NCBI GenBank assembly: GCA_964475765.1
Contig: CAYYZH010000003.1
Coordinates: 2,945-66,944, forward strand
Length of the DNA: 64,000 nucleotides
DNA from: an uncultured Limibaculum sp.
Lineage (GTDB): Bacteria > Pseudomonadota > Alphaproteobacteria > Rhodobacterales > Rhodobacteraceae
Reading direction: 5' to 3'
The position numbers and the translations under genes were made by a program. The notes under the pieces are model-generated. The model had not been told where the DNA came from. It did no database searches and worked only from the letters and a program-made list of their open reading frames with translations. Shown here piece after piece: positions 55,050 to 64,000 of this stretch; positions within the stretch are counted from its first letter, which is position 1; each line of letters starts with the position of its first letter.

Positions 55050-55442
55050 TTAGCGACGCAGAAGGTCCAGCGTACTGCTGCTCATGCGTCGGGCCTGATC
55101 AAAGATGGAAAGATTGGCTTGATAGGACCGCTGAGCCTCGCGGGCGTCGGCGATCTCGATCAACGGATTCACGTTCGATAGCGACACGACGCCCCGCTCG
55201 TTAGCTAGCGGGTGGCCGGGATCGAAAGTCTGACGGGCATCGGATTGGTCGAGACGCACACGATCCACCGTCACGCGCGACACACCGGCAGCGCGATCAA
55301 GCTCGTTCGCAAAGCTCACGGTCTTGCGCTGGAAGCCAGACGTATCGGCGTTCGCGATGTTCTCGCCAACGATGCGCAGCCGGAACCCTTGTGCGGTCAT
55401 GCCCGCCGAGGCGATCTGCATGGTCTTCTTGATATCAAACAT
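55050..55442 (-). CDS. flgC: Flagellar basal-body rod protein FlgC
   Basis: 'GENIANADT', 'PGHPLA', 'SNVNPLIE', 'RSYQANL'. Confidence 0.96.
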   Translation of the reverse strand: MFDIKKTMQIASAGMTAQGFRLRIVGENIANADTSGFQRKTVSFANELDRAAGVSRVTVDRVRLDQSDARQTFDPGHPLANERGVVSLSNVNPLIEIADAREAQRSYQANLSIFDQARRMSSSTLDLLRR

Positions 55443-55456
55443 CTCTTGTCCCTCTG

Positions 55457-55846
55457 CTATCCACGCCCAAGACTGAGCCGGACGATGTCGCGAACCTTTG
55501 AATAGATGGCGGTCGCGCGGGAATGCTGCCCTTGGGCTTCAACGGCACGGAGCATTTCCGTCTCGATCGAGACCGAGTTGCCGTTGGCCGACGCTTCGAT
55601 TGCGGGGTCTTTGAATTGATCGGGGCGAAACGCGGCATTCTGAACTGCCTGGGCGCCAAGATGGCCGGCCCGTGTGGCCCGAGGCGTAAACGCTTCGTTT
55701 ACGTAACTCGAGAATTCTTGGACATCGCGGGCGCGATACCCCGGCGTGTCCGCATTCGCGACGTTCTCGGCAATCACCCGATGTCGCACAGCTGCGTGAC
55801 GTGCCATAGCAGAGGCCACCTTGATGACGTTGAGTTCTTCAAACAT
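55457..55846 (-). CDS. flgB: Flagellar basal-body rod protein FlgB
   Basis: Start refined to ATG 55846. 'IAENVANADTPGYRARD', 'NGNSVSIETEM'. Confidence 0.94.
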   Translation of the reverse strand: MFEELNVIKVASAMARHAAVRHRVIAENVANADTPGYRARDVQEFSSYVNEAFTPRATRAGHLGAQAVQNAAFRPDQFKDPAIEASANGNSVSIETEMLRAVEAQGQHSRATAIYSKVRDIVRLSLGRG

Positions 55847-55936
55847 ATGCGATGATTCTCTCGCTGGTGTCAGGCAGCGTTCTATCCACGAAGCCCTTAA
55901 CGCTTCGTGTCTAGGAAACCCAAGCAGCCAGAAATC

Positions 55937-57295
55937 ATGAGTATCACCGAAATACTCCCTGCCCTTCCCACCTCCGCGAAGGTCTGGGGCACGCTTGCAC
56001 AAAGCGACGGGCTGGCCGTTGAAATCAGCGGGCTTACAGGCCTTGCGGGTTTGGGCGATCACGTTCGGATTGGCGACCGCAGCAAAGGCGCACGCGGAGA
56101 GATCGTCCGCATCGGGAAAACCCAAGTCACAGCCATCCTGACTGAGCCCTCACCCGGAATTGTTGCGGGACAGCGCGTCTGGTTGATCTCCGATCCAGCG
56201 CCAATCCCCTCTGACGACTGGCTTGGCCATGTAATCGACGCAGATGGGCGAAGCCTCGAGGGGTACCGCTTCCCGGCTCTTTCGACAGAAAGCCTGCCCC
56301 GATCGGAGAACCGCGCATCAGGTATGCGTCGAGCATTTGGGCCGCGTTTGGTAACGGGACTCGCTGCCTTCGACACAATGCTCCCGCTTTGCCGCGGTCA
56401 ACGCCTGGGTGTTTTTGCGGGGTCGGGTGTGGGCAAGTCTCACCTAATGGGAAATCTTGCCGCAGGCGTGCAGGCCGATATCGCAGTTGTTGGATTGATT
56501 GGAGAACGTAACCGAGAAGTTAGCGACTTTGTCCACAACCTACGCGGTGCTGGGCGCATGGACAGAACGATTGTGATTGCCGCGACCTCAGACCAATCGG
56601 CGTTGATAAAGCGCCGGGCTTCGGAGCTGGTCCTGCGCACGGCAGAGCATTTTCGTGATCTCGGACGGCACGTTCTCTGTCTCTTCGATTCTGTCACTCG
56701 ATTTGCCGAGGCGCACCGTGAGATCGCGCTATCCGCTGGCGAAGCGCCTGCCCTTCGGGCTTTCCCACCCTCAACTGCGGCGGCGATCGCGGCGCTCTGC
56801 GAACGTGCTGGCCCAGGGTCCGAGGGTGATGCAGGCGGAGACATCACAGCGGTGTTCAGCGTTCTTGTCGCCGGATCGGACATGGACGAGCCAGTGTCAG
56901 ACATGGTCCGCGCGGTCCTCGATGGCCATGTCATCCTCGATCGATCTATCGCCGAGCGTGGCCGCTTTCCGGCGATCGACATTCGCCGCTCGGTATCCAG
57001 ATCTGCTCCGGAGGCATGGACATCCGAGGAAGAGGCCCTCGCGGTGAAGGCGCGTAAACTGATCGCAGCATATGAAGAGGCCGCCCCGATGATCCAGGCC
57101 GGCCTCTACACCCCTGGGGCCGATCCCTTACTGGACGAGGCTGTACAACTTTGGCCTGATCTCGATCCGTTCATCGGTGCTGTGAGTGCGACCCCAGAAG
57201 AAGATGGGCATGTTACGCGGCTTGGGGAAATCCTTGGCATGACACCTACACCGTCAATCCTACCGGAAGCGGACAATCAGGAGCCAGCGGACTGA
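55937..57295 (+). CDS. fliI: Flagellar export ATPase FliI
   Basis: 'RGQRLGVFAGSGVGKS', 'LIGERNREV', 'FDSVTRFA', 'LDGHVILDR', 'FPAIDI'; alternative GTG start at 55907. Confidence 0.95.
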   Translation: MSITEILPALPTSAKVWGTLAQSDGLAVEISGLTGLAGLGDHVRIGDRSKGARGEIVRIGKTQVTAILTEPSPGIVAGQRVWLISDPAPIPSDDWLGHVIDADGRSLEGYRFPALSTESLPRSENRASGMRRAFGPRLVTGLAAFDTMLPLCRGQRLGVFAGSGVGKSHLMGNLAAGVQADIAVVGLIGERNREVSDFVHNLRGAGRMDRTIVIAATSDQSALIKRRASELVLRTAEHFRDLGRHVLCLFDSVTRFAEAHREIALSAGEAPALRAFPPSTAAAIAALCERAGPGSEGDAGGDITAVFSVLVAGSDMDEPVSDMVRAVLDGHVILDRSIAERGRFPAIDIRRSVSRSAPEAWTSEEEALAVKARKLIAAYEEAAPMIQAGLYTPGADPLLDEAVQLWPDLDPFIGAVSATPEEDGHVTRLGEILGMTPTPSILPEADNQEPAD

Positions 57296-58179
57296 TTGCC
57301 TATCAACAAATCGCCGTGCTCTGCGACCGCCTCACCGAGCGTCGATAAGAATGCACGTATGCGAGAAGAACGAAGCATATCCTCATGCGAAAGCACCCAG
57401 ATACCAGTCGTCAGTAATTCATCGAATTCGTCTGCGCGCTCAATGCCCGGCATTGCGTCGCCCAAACAGCAGGGAAGCATCGCAAGACCCATTCCCTCGG
57501 CAACGGCATCCGCCATCGCCGAGAACGAGTTCAGCCGCATTGCAACGGCAGCCTCCGGCACAGATTGCGACAGCCATCTACCAACCGGGGATCTGGCGAG
57601 TGTCGCGCCGGGGCCCAACCAAGTATAGCCTGCGGGCTCTGAGCGTTGGATCTTTGCGAAGTAATCGGAAGCCCCATAGACCCTGAAACCCAGATCGGCC
57701 ACGCGCTCACCAGCCAAGTTCTCCGGCAAACCCGCAGCGGGGCGCACAGTGATGTCAGCATCTAGGCGACTGAGATCGAGAACGTTGTTCGTTACTGACA
57801 AGGTGACGACGACGTCGGGATAAATGGCCCGAAACTTGGACAGGACCGATGGCATCAAGGCGCGGCTGAGGCTGTCCGTTGTGGTGATCGTAAGGGACCC
57901 ACGAAAACCACCGGTCTGACCTGCAAGCATACGTTCGAGCCTTTCGGCATCAGAACTCATCTTGCGAACTTCGCTGAGCACATAGGCGTACTCAGGCGCC
58001 AGCCGGTAGCCGTTCGGACGACGCTCGAACAACGTCAGGTCGTGACGATCTTCGAAACCCCTTATACGCCGAAGTACGGTCGCATGGTTCACACCAAGTT
58101 TGCGCGCGGCGGATGCGAGCGAGCCCTCTTCCGCCACAGCCAAAACATACTGCAAGTCCGACCAGTCAAAGCTGTGCAT
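57277..58179 (-). CDS. LysR family transcriptional regulator
   Basis: 'FDWSDLQYVLAVAEEGSLASAARKLGVNHATVLRRI'; 'LSRLDADITVR'. Confidence 0.94.
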   Translation of the reverse strand: MHSFDWSDLQYVLAVAEEGSLASAARKLGVNHATVLRRIRGFEDRHDLTLFERRPNGYRLAPEYAYVLSEVRKMSSDAERLERMLAGQTGGFRGSLTITTTDSLSRALMPSVLSKFRAIYPDVVVTLSVTNNVLDLSRLDADITVRPAAGLPENLAGERVADLGFRVYGASDYFAKIQRSEPAGYTWLGPGATLARSPVGRWLSQSVPEAAVAMRLNSFSAMADAVAEGMGLAMLPCCLGDAMPGIERADEFDELLTTGIWVLSHEDMLRSSRIRAFLSTLGEAVAEHGDLLIGNQSAGS

Positions 58180-58190
58180 CAACGCACAGC
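58171..58190. promoter_or_regulatory. Inverted repeat GCTGTGC-N6-GCACAGC overlapping the LysR start codon
   Basis: Perfect 7-bp IR in the divergent LysR/cytochrome region. Confidence 0.45.
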
Positions 58191-58291
58191 TTACGTTGAA
58201 TTATTGCCGAATGGATAGTTTATTTGCACATGCTATCTTCTCCTGAGACGTGAGTTCACCAACCAAGCAAACAACCTCGGGAGAGAGTTCA

Positions 58292-58762
58292 ATGATCCGC
58301 AACGTCATCTTCGCTGGAACAGCCATCGCCTGCTGTTTAGCCGTGAACGCGAGCGCCAACGAGGCGATGGAGAAGGCCGTGAAAGCCCGTCAGGGGTTGT
58401 TCCAGGTCTATGCGTTCAATCTTGGCCAACTGGGTGCCATGGCGAAAGGTGCGGTCGACTATGACGCTGAGGCGGCGCAGACGGCTGCGGATAACCTGAT
58501 GGCCGCGGTCTCCATTAAGGGCGGTGCAATGTGGCCGCAGGGTTCGGACAACACCGGTCCGATGAAGGGTAAGACACGAGCCAAGCCCGAGGGGTGGACC
58601 ACCTGGCCCGAGATTTCAAAGCGGCAGGAGGATATGGTCACTGCCGTGACGGCACTACAGCCGGCTGCCGGTCAGGGTCTTGATGCCCTCAAAGGCGCTA
58701 TTGGTGATGTCGGCAAATCCTGCAAAGCCTGCCATGAAGACTTCCGCGCTAAGGAATTCTGA
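58292..58762 (+). CDS. Class II cytochrome c (cytochrome c'/c556 type)
   Basis: Start refined to ATG 58292; signal peptide; 'KARQG', C-terminal heme motif 'CKACH'. Confidence 0.93.
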   Translation: MIRNVIFAGTAIACCLAVNASANEAMEKAVKARQGLFQVYAFNLGQLGAMAKGAVDYDAEAAQTAADNLMAAVSIKGGAMWPQGSDNTGPMKGKTRAKPEGWTTWPEISKRQEDMVTAVTALQPAAGQGLDALKGAIGDVGKSCKACHEDFRAKEF

Positions 58763-58776
58763 GGCTTAAACACAAG

Positions 58777-58806
58777 GGCGGAGGCCCCCGCAATCGGGCC
58801 TTCGTC
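58777..58806. terminator. Hairpin between convergent cytochrome c' and phzF-like genes
   Basis: gcggaggccc...gggccttcgt stem with G-U pairs. Confidence 0.4.
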
Positions 58807-59698
58807 ACAACCTGAGCGTTCCTTCCATCAGCACAGCTCCGGTCCCCGAGACCCGAACGCCAGTGATCACCTCAGGCCCTCCAAGGATTTCCACTTCCGC
58901 CTGCCCCGGACGACCCATCCAATGGCCTTGTTCAGCTGTGTAGGTCGGTTTGGAGATCAACTGATGATGCCAGAGATACGCCGCAGCTGCCCCTGTGGCT
59001 GAGCCAGTGAAGGGATCTTCTGGCGGATGGGGCGGCGCCAGAAGCAGCCTGCTGAAGGTATCGCCACCCGCTGTCTCACCGCTAAGCGTCACAAGATAGG
59101 GCTCCATCACATCTGCATCAGCCAATGCGGACTGAGAACGGAAGGTCTGAAGTGCCTCAGCGTTCATCTGCGCCCGGCGCAACGCATCATGATTCCGCAG
59201 GACCGTTACACAGAATGGCAGGCCAGTTGAGACGAACTGCGGCGAATGAACGATGTCCTCGGCCTCAAGTCCAACAACGGCAGCAACAGCCGAAGGATCG
59301 ACGATCTCACCGAACTTAGGTGCAACCTGGGTCATCGTGATCATAGGCTGATCACCTGCGGCAATGTCTATCGGGATGATCCCGGCGCCTGTCTCGAGCG
59401 AGATGCTGACCGATCCTGCCGACAAATCGACCAAACCGCGATGAACCATCGACGCGACGGTCGCAATTGTCGGATGTCCCGCAAACGGGATTTCGCGCGC
59501 CGCAATGAAGTAGCGCACCTTGACATCGGCGATATCCGACCGCTCGAGAAACGTGCATTCGACCAGCGATGTCTCACGGACATAGGCCATGCAGGTCTCT
59601 GCGGAAATGTCCCCCGCATCGTGCACCACGGCGCAGCCGTTGCCACCAAACGGGACGCTCGTAAAAGCATCGACCCAGTCGAATTGATAGTTTGGCAC
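58805..59698 (-). CDS. PhzF family isomerase/epimerase
   Basis: Start refined to GTG 59698 (SD GGAGG). 'VDAFT...GGNG', 'EIPFAGHPTIA', 'EDPFTGSA'. Confidence 0.92.
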   Translation of the reverse strand: MPNYQFDWVDAFTSVPFGGNGCAVVHDAGDISAETCMAYVRETSLVECTFLERSDIADVKVRYFIAAREIPFAGHPTIATVASMVHRGLVDLSAGSVSISLETGAGIIPIDIAAGDQPMITMTQVAPKFGEIVDPSAVAAVVGLEAEDIVHSPQFVSTGLPFCVTVLRNHDALRRAQMNAEALQTFRSQSALADADVMEPYLVTLSGETAGGDTFSRLLLAPPHPPEDPFTGSATGAAAAYLWHHQLISKPTYTAEQGHWMGRPGQAEVEILGGPEVITGVRVSGTGAVLMEGTLRL

Positions 59699-59815
59699 GG
59701 CGTCCTCCAGCAATCGTCGTTTCCGCTGAAGGATCGGTTTCCCTGTGCAGACAGGCAAATGAAATTTGGTGAAGACCAGGATCACCCACCGACTAAGGCT
59801 GTGCGCGGTTGGCTG

Positions 59816-60250
59816 CTACTCGGTTTCCCGAAAATGGCCCTGCTCTCTCAGCGCGTCGGCAACTTCCTTGGGCATATAGTTTTCATCATGCTTGGCCAGA
59901 ACTTCGCTGGCCACGAACTGCCCGTCCTTCCAATAGCCCTCGGCCACGATGCCCTGCCCCTCGCGGAAAAGGTCAGGCAGCACGCCCGTGAACGCAACCT
60001 TCACCGTGCCGTTACCATCCGTAACGTCAAAGAGATTGGTCGCCCCTTGCTGTGCCGTCGATCCATCAACCACCAGCCCACCAACCCGGAGCAATTGGTC
60101 TGGACGATAGGTGCCCTCGACCAATTCCGTCGGTGACTTGAAGAAGGCTATCGCATCCTGAGCCAGAAAGCCGAACATGCCTGCCGCTCCGACCAGCAGC
60201 ACGCCCCCAAAGACCAACATCCGAATGCGCTTCGTTTTCTTACTCGCCAT
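59816..60250 (-). CDS. ccmE: Cytochrome c maturation heme chaperone CcmE
   Basis: Start refined to ATG 60250. 'RVGGLV', 'GVLPDLFREGQG', 'VLAKHDENYMP'. Confidence 0.97.
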   Translation of the reverse strand: MASKKTKRIRMLVFGGVLLVGAAGMFGFLAQDAIAFFKSPTELVEGTYRPDQLLRVGGLVVDGSTAQQGATNLFDVTDGNGTVKVAFTGVLPDLFREGQGIVAEGYWKDGQFVASEVLAKHDENYMPKEVADALREQGHFRETE

Positions 60251-61097
60251 CTTTGGCCCCCGGCTCTTCCGCACCAAAATTCAGCGCAGCGTTAATTTCT
60301 CCGCCCAAGATAATAATGTTTGCCGTGAGAAAGAAGAACAACAGCGTCACGATGACGCCAGCCAGAGCGCCATAGGTCAGCGAGTAATCCGGCGCGAAGG
60401 CGAGATAAACGGAGAACAGCGACGCACCCACACCCCAGAGGATTACGCTTGCCAGGATTCCAGGCCAGAGCCGCAGGTGTTTCATGGGCCGCGCAGGGAG
60501 CAATCGATGGTTCAGCCATAAAAAGCAGTAAAGGAGAACAGCGCCGATCAGGTACCTGACAAAGAATGTGTTTTGCGGGATGGCGATGGTGGTCCACGCT
60601 TCGATCAGACGAAAGGCCAGGGGCGCGAGCACGATCAACACGGCAAGAGCGGCAAATGTTGTGAATGCGACAATCACGAACCCGATGGCGAGCAGTTTGT
60701 TGGTCACGAAATTTCGGCTAACGGGCACGTCATATGCCCGCTCCAACCCGATCCTGACCGCATCGCAACCATTCGATGCTGCATAGACGGTACCCAGAAT
60801 GCCGACTGTCAGAAGACCGCCCCTGTCTCTGGCCAGCACTTCACGCAAAACAGGCTCAAATGTTCGTGCCACCCCTTCCGGCGCGGAACTCAGCATCGTG
60901 TCGATTGCTTCAGCCGTATGCGCATCGTCGATCAAAATCCCAGCAAGGGCCGTCGAGAAGATCAGAAACGGCAGCCCTGCAAGCATCGCCGAGTAAGCAA
61001 TGTATCCCGCGAGAACCGCGACCTGATCCTCGTTGTAGCGCCGCATCAGCTCCTTGAGAAACGGCCAAGCCCGGGTCATGGCAAAGGCTTGCGGCAT
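60240..61097 (-). CDS. YihY/virulence factor BrkB family membrane protein
   Basis: 'AGYIAYSAML', 'ERAYDV', 'WPGILAS', 'YSLTYGALAGVIVTLLFFF'. Confidence 0.9.
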   Translation of the reverse strand: MPQAFAMTRAWPFLKELMRRYNEDQVAVLAGYIAYSAMLAGLPFLIFSTALAGILIDDAHTAEAIDTMLSSAPEGVARTFEPVLREVLARDRGGLLTVGILGTVYAASNGCDAVRIGLERAYDVPVSRNFVTNKLLAIGFVIVAFTTFAALAVLIVLAPLAFRLIEAWTTIAIPQNTFFVRYLIGAVLLYCFLWLNHRLLPARPMKHLRLWPGILASVILWGVGASLFSVYLAFAPDYSLTYGALAGVIVTLLFFFLTANIIILGGEINAALNFGAEEPGAKDGE

Positions 61098-61120
61098 AGG
61101 CGGGCCTCAGGTGCGCCAGG

Positions 61121-62146
61121 TCATGGGAAGAGTGGTGCCTGCGTCAGTCCCGTCGTCTCATCAATCCCAAGCATGAGATTCGCATTCTGCATTGCCTGTC
61201 CGGAGGCCCCTTTCGTGAGGTTGTCCAGAACGGAGACAACGACGGTCCGACCGGGCCTGCGATCAGCAACGACCCCGAGGTGACAGAAGTTCGAGCCCCG
61301 CACATGTCGCGTCGCCGGGACCTCCCCGAACGGCAAAACCGCCAGCATCGGCTCATCACTGTAGCGCGCGGCCAACGCCGTGTGGATCGCCTCGGCCTCC
61401 CCCCGGACATAAACGGTGGTCAGTATCCCCCGGTTCTGCGGCAGCAAGTGCGGTGCGAAAGTGCAGGCGACGTCGCGCCCGGCCACTTTCGAAAACTCCT
61501 GATCGAACTCGGCCAGATGCCGGTGCTTGGCGACGTTGTAAGCGTGGCAGCCCTCTGATACTTCGGCGTGCAACATGCCTTCCTTGGCGCCGCGCCCGGC
61601 CCCAGAAACGCCCGTCTTGAGATCAATGATGATATCATCCGGGTCGATCAGCCGTGCCTCGAGCAAGGGCAGTACCGGGTACATTCCCGTGGCGGCATTG
61701 CATCCCGTGCCTGCCACCAGACGCGCCGCGCGGATCTCATCGCGGTAAAACTCGGTCAGGCCATAGACCGCCTCTGCCTGCAAATCCAACGCCTGATGCT
61801 CGTGTCCGTACCAATGTGCATACACCGCTGGATCGCGCAGCCGGAAATCCGCTGAGAGGTCCACAATCTTCAGGTCCCGCGGCAGGTCCGCTATCACTTT
61901 CTGACTGGTGGCATGGGGTAGCGCACAGAACGCGAGATCTATGTCTGAGAAGTCGATCTCGTCGACTTTACAGAGCCTTGGCAGGTCCAGATGACGCAGA
62001 TGTGGAAAGACCGAAGTCATCTCCTCGCTCGCACGCCTGTCCGCCGCCAAGGCCGCCACACGCATGGCAGGGTGCTCCGAAATCAGGCGCACCAACTCCG
62101 CGCCGGTGTAACCACTTGCTCCGATGATCGCGATCTGGTGTGTCAT
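61121..62146 (-). CDS. argC: N-acetyl-gamma-glutamyl-phosphate reductase
   Basis: '[12 protein letters not shown]', 'ALPH', 'DLSADFRL', 'GTGC', 'GVSGAG', 'HRHLAE', '[11 protein letters not shown]'. Confidence 0.97.
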   Translation of the reverse strand: MTHQIAIIGASGYTGAELVRLISEHPAMRVAALAADRRASEEMTSVFPHLRHLDLPRLCKVDEIDFSDIDLAFCALPHATSQKVIADLPRDLKIVDLSADFRLRDPAVYAHWYGHEHQALDLQAEAVYGLTEFYRDEIRAARLVAGTGCNAATGMYPVLPLLEARLIDPDDIIIDLKTGVSGAGRGAKEGMLHAEVSEGCHAYNVAKHRHLAEFDQEFSKVAGRDVACTFAPHLLPQNRGILTTVYVRGEAEAIHTALAARYSDEPMLAVLPFGEVPATRHVRGSNFCHLGVVADRRPGRTVVVSVLDNLTKGASGQAMQNANLMLGIDETTGLTQAPLFP

Positions 62147-62245
62147 CGCATCGCTCCCCGAGCACCAGCGGCATACGGTCCGCCGAGCTCATTCAATTTC
62201 TGAAGTTATGACGGTAACTGGCCGATTTGACCAGAGGTTGGGCGA

Positions 62246-63127
62246 TCAGCCGAGATAGAGACCGTGCGAATGGTCCCGCTCGCCGATGGGCGCGAGATCA
62301 TAGGTCTTTCGTCGGAGATACTCCATCAGCGCCCGGCTATCGCTGGCGCGGGACTGGATCTCCGCCTTAGGAAGCGGCTTGCCAATCGTGACCTTCAACG
62401 GCGCGCCAACATTTCGCTCGAACTCACTGATATATAGAGCAGTTCTGAGTGTCTGATTGATATGGCTGGCAACCTGGAACAGCCGGGAGTTTGCGCCATC
62501 GAAATAGACCGGCACGACTTGGGCTTCCGACTTCGCCACCATCTTTGCGGTGAACGTCTTCCAAAACGGATCGCGCGCCCGACCGAAAGGCTTGGCTGCG
62601 GTTGAAACCGTTCCGCCGGGAAAGATCCCGATGGCGCCGTCCTGCGACAAATATTTCAGAGCTTCCTTACGGGTGCGAATATTCTGTGCCATCGCTTCTT
62701 TGGTGTCGCCGAAATCAATGGGCAGAATGATCCGGTTCAGGTCCTCGGCCTTGCGGAACACCACATGGGCGATAATGCGAAAGTCCTCGCGGGTTTCCGA
62801 CAGAATGCGGCCCATCGCCATGCCGTCGAGGATGCCATAGGGGTGGTTTGCCACCATCACCATGGGACCTGTGCGCGGAATGTTCTCGAGCCCGCCGTTC
62901 CGGAACTCCATCGTGATCCGATAGCGCTCCTGCATCACTTCCCAGAAGTTCCGCCCGGCCTCGACCTCGCGCTCGTACCCAAGGGCCATGCGCAGCAGCT
63001 TTGGCCGGCCCGTGAGGTTCTCGATCGACCTGATCAGGGTGCGCCCTGCACGCGACTTGGCCGAGAACGAATAGCTGATCTCGCGCGGCGCGGCCCCTGT
63101 GGCAACCTGTGATTTCATGTCGGACAT
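62246..63127 (-). CDS. Lysophospholipid acyltransferase family protein
   Basis: HX4D 'NHPYGILDG', 'IFPGG', 'VVPVYFDGANS'; start ATG 63127 or 63118. Confidence 0.88.
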   Translation of the reverse strand: MSDMKSQVATGAAPREISYSFSAKSRAGRTLIRSIENLTGRPKLLRMALGYEREVEAGRNFWEVMQERYRITMEFRNGGLENIPRTGPMVMVANHPYGILDGMAMGRILSETREDFRIIAHVVFRKAEDLNRIILPIDFGDTKEAMAQNIRTRKEALKYLSQDGAIGIFPGGTVSTAAKPFGRARDPFWKTFTAKMVAKSEAQVVPVYFDGANSRLFQVASHINQTLRTALYISEFERNVGAPLKVTIGKPLPKAEIQSRASDSRALMEYLRRKTYDLAPIGERDHSHGLYLG

Positions 63128-63245
63128 CGTCCAGCACACCTTAAAACTGCTCTATGGCAAATTAAGCGGTCAGGGTGCGGTTCGCAATCCGTGCGTGGAC
63201 CAAACCGATGCGTCCGCCGTGCGGCGTGACATTCCCGCACATACG

Positions 63246-63271
63246 AAAAAGGGGCCTCGCGGCCCCTCTTT
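63246..63271 (-). terminator. Rho-independent terminator of rplM-rpsI
   Basis: Minus strand aaagaggggcc-GCGA-ggccccttttt. Confidence 0.8.
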
Positions 63272-63292
63272 ACCCCACACCATCCAAAACTC

Positions 63293-63787
63293 TTACCGTT
63301 TGGAGAACTGGAAGCTGCGGCGGGCCTTGCGCTTACCGTACTTTTTACGCTCGACCACACGGGCGTCTCGGGTCAGGAACCCGGCGGCCTTCAGCGAGGG
63401 TCGCAGTTCCGGATCGTAAAGGCTTAGCGCCTTTGAAATCCCGTGCTTCACCGCACCAGCTTGACCGGAGAGCCCTCCGCCCTTCACCGTCGCGGTGACG
63501 TCGAACTGCCCGCTGACATTCGCAATCGTGAACGGTTGACCGATCACCATCTGTAGAACGGGACGAGCGAAATAGGCGTTCATTTCCTTGCCATTCACGG
63601 TGATCTTGCCATTTCCCGGCTTGACCCAAACCCGCGCGACAGCGTCCTTGCGTTTACCCGTGGCATAGGACCGGCCATGCTCGTCCCGAACAGGTTCCCG
63701 CGGCGCGCGTGGCTCTTCGATCGGCGCACCCTCGTCCATGCCAACGGCGTCTTTCAATTCGTCGAGCGACTTGATTTCTTCAGACAT
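63293..63787 (-). CDS. rpsI: 30S ribosomal protein S9
   Basis: '[12 protein letters not shown]', '[10 protein letters not shown]', '[18 protein letters not shown]'. Confidence 0.99.
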   Translation of the reverse strand: MSEEIKSLDELKDAVGMDEGAPIEEPRAPREPVRDEHGRSYATGKRKDAVARVWVKPGNGKITVNGKEMNAYFARPVLQMVIGQPFTIANVSGQFDVTATVKGGGLSGQAGAVKHGISKALSLYDPELRPSLKAAGFLTRDARVVERKKYGKRKARRSFQFSKR

Positions 63788-63789
63788 GA

Positions 63790-64000
63790 TCAGGCGCTCC
63801 GCGTGTTCTTCGAGTTCATGGACTTGACGTCGAGCGTCTCGGGCTCCTGCGCCGCATGCGGGTGTTCGGCCCCGGCATAGACCCGCAGATGTGTCATCTG
63901 ACGGCGCGTGAGCGGTCCGCCCGGCATCATGCGTTGCACCGCCTTAAACAGCACCCGCTCGGGGTACCTCCCTTCGAGCATCTGGCCAGCGGTCTGGCTT
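63790..64000 (-). CDS. rplM: 50S ribosomal protein L13 (3' part; 5' end beyond the window)
   Basis: '[14 protein letters not shown]', '[14 protein letters not shown]'. Confidence 0.97.
   Translation of the reverse strand, partial: SQTAGQMLEGRYPERVLFKAVQRMMPGGPLTRRQMTHLRVYAGAEHPHAAQEPETLDVKSMNSKNTRSA

Noticed and set aside
55847-55936. CtrA box in the flgB/fliI divergent promoter
   Set aside because: Only one TTAA half-site; no TTAA-N7-TTAA match.
55847-56125. N-terminal extensions in the ORF track (flgB shown; also creD, flhA, phnM, phzF, slcC, dctP, dctQ)
   Set aside because: Longest-ORF artefacts; downstream starts match family N-termini and most have SD sequences.
1-64000. CRISPR arrays, IS elements, integrases, prophage or defence genes, rRNA/tRNA
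   Set aside because: No regularly spaced repeats, transposase or integrase motifs, phage genes or structural RNA signatures seen by eye; an Infernal/tRNAscan run would be needed to exclude small RNAs.

Overview
Chromosomal window from a GC-rich alphaproteobacterium (gene content and order look Rhodobacterales-like; about 60% GC by eye). About 55 intact CDS plus one decayed gene. I found no tRNA, rRNA, CRISPR array, transposase or integrase. Core blocks are hisD-UPF0262-arsC-like-infA-maf-rng (yacG displaced by an antisense RND efflux pair), a partial flagellar cluster (fliI; flgB-flgC-fliE-fliQ-SLT-flhA-fliR-flhB-ORF) and rplM-rpsI-LPLAT-argC-yihY-ccmE-phzF. Catabolic/accessory blocks are a probable slcC-comC sulfolactate pair, two TRAP systems (one with GntR and an enolase-superfamily enzyme, one with a DUF1445 hydro-lyase), IorAB-like molybdoenzyme, GcvT-family oxidoreductase, creatininase/M32 peptidase and a stand-alone phnM. 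The most notable observations, several invisible in the ORF track: (1) a GntR regulator whose HTH domain can only be made from a non-canonical start, probably ATA with a GGAGG SD; (2) an unannotated, heavily decayed spondin-domain pseudogene; (3) a secreted caspase-fold protein lacking the catalytic Cys, with peptidoglycan-binding domains and YPxG repeats; (4) an orphan secreted basic protein built from two 71-aa repeats; (5) an exported YyaL protein with both CxxC and a DsbD-alpha-like Cx4C domain; (6) a TRAP system with extra membrane segments in both DctQ and DctM; (7) a rearranged flagellar operon with a FliJ-like candidate. All family assignments come from motif recognition by eye; no database searches were run.
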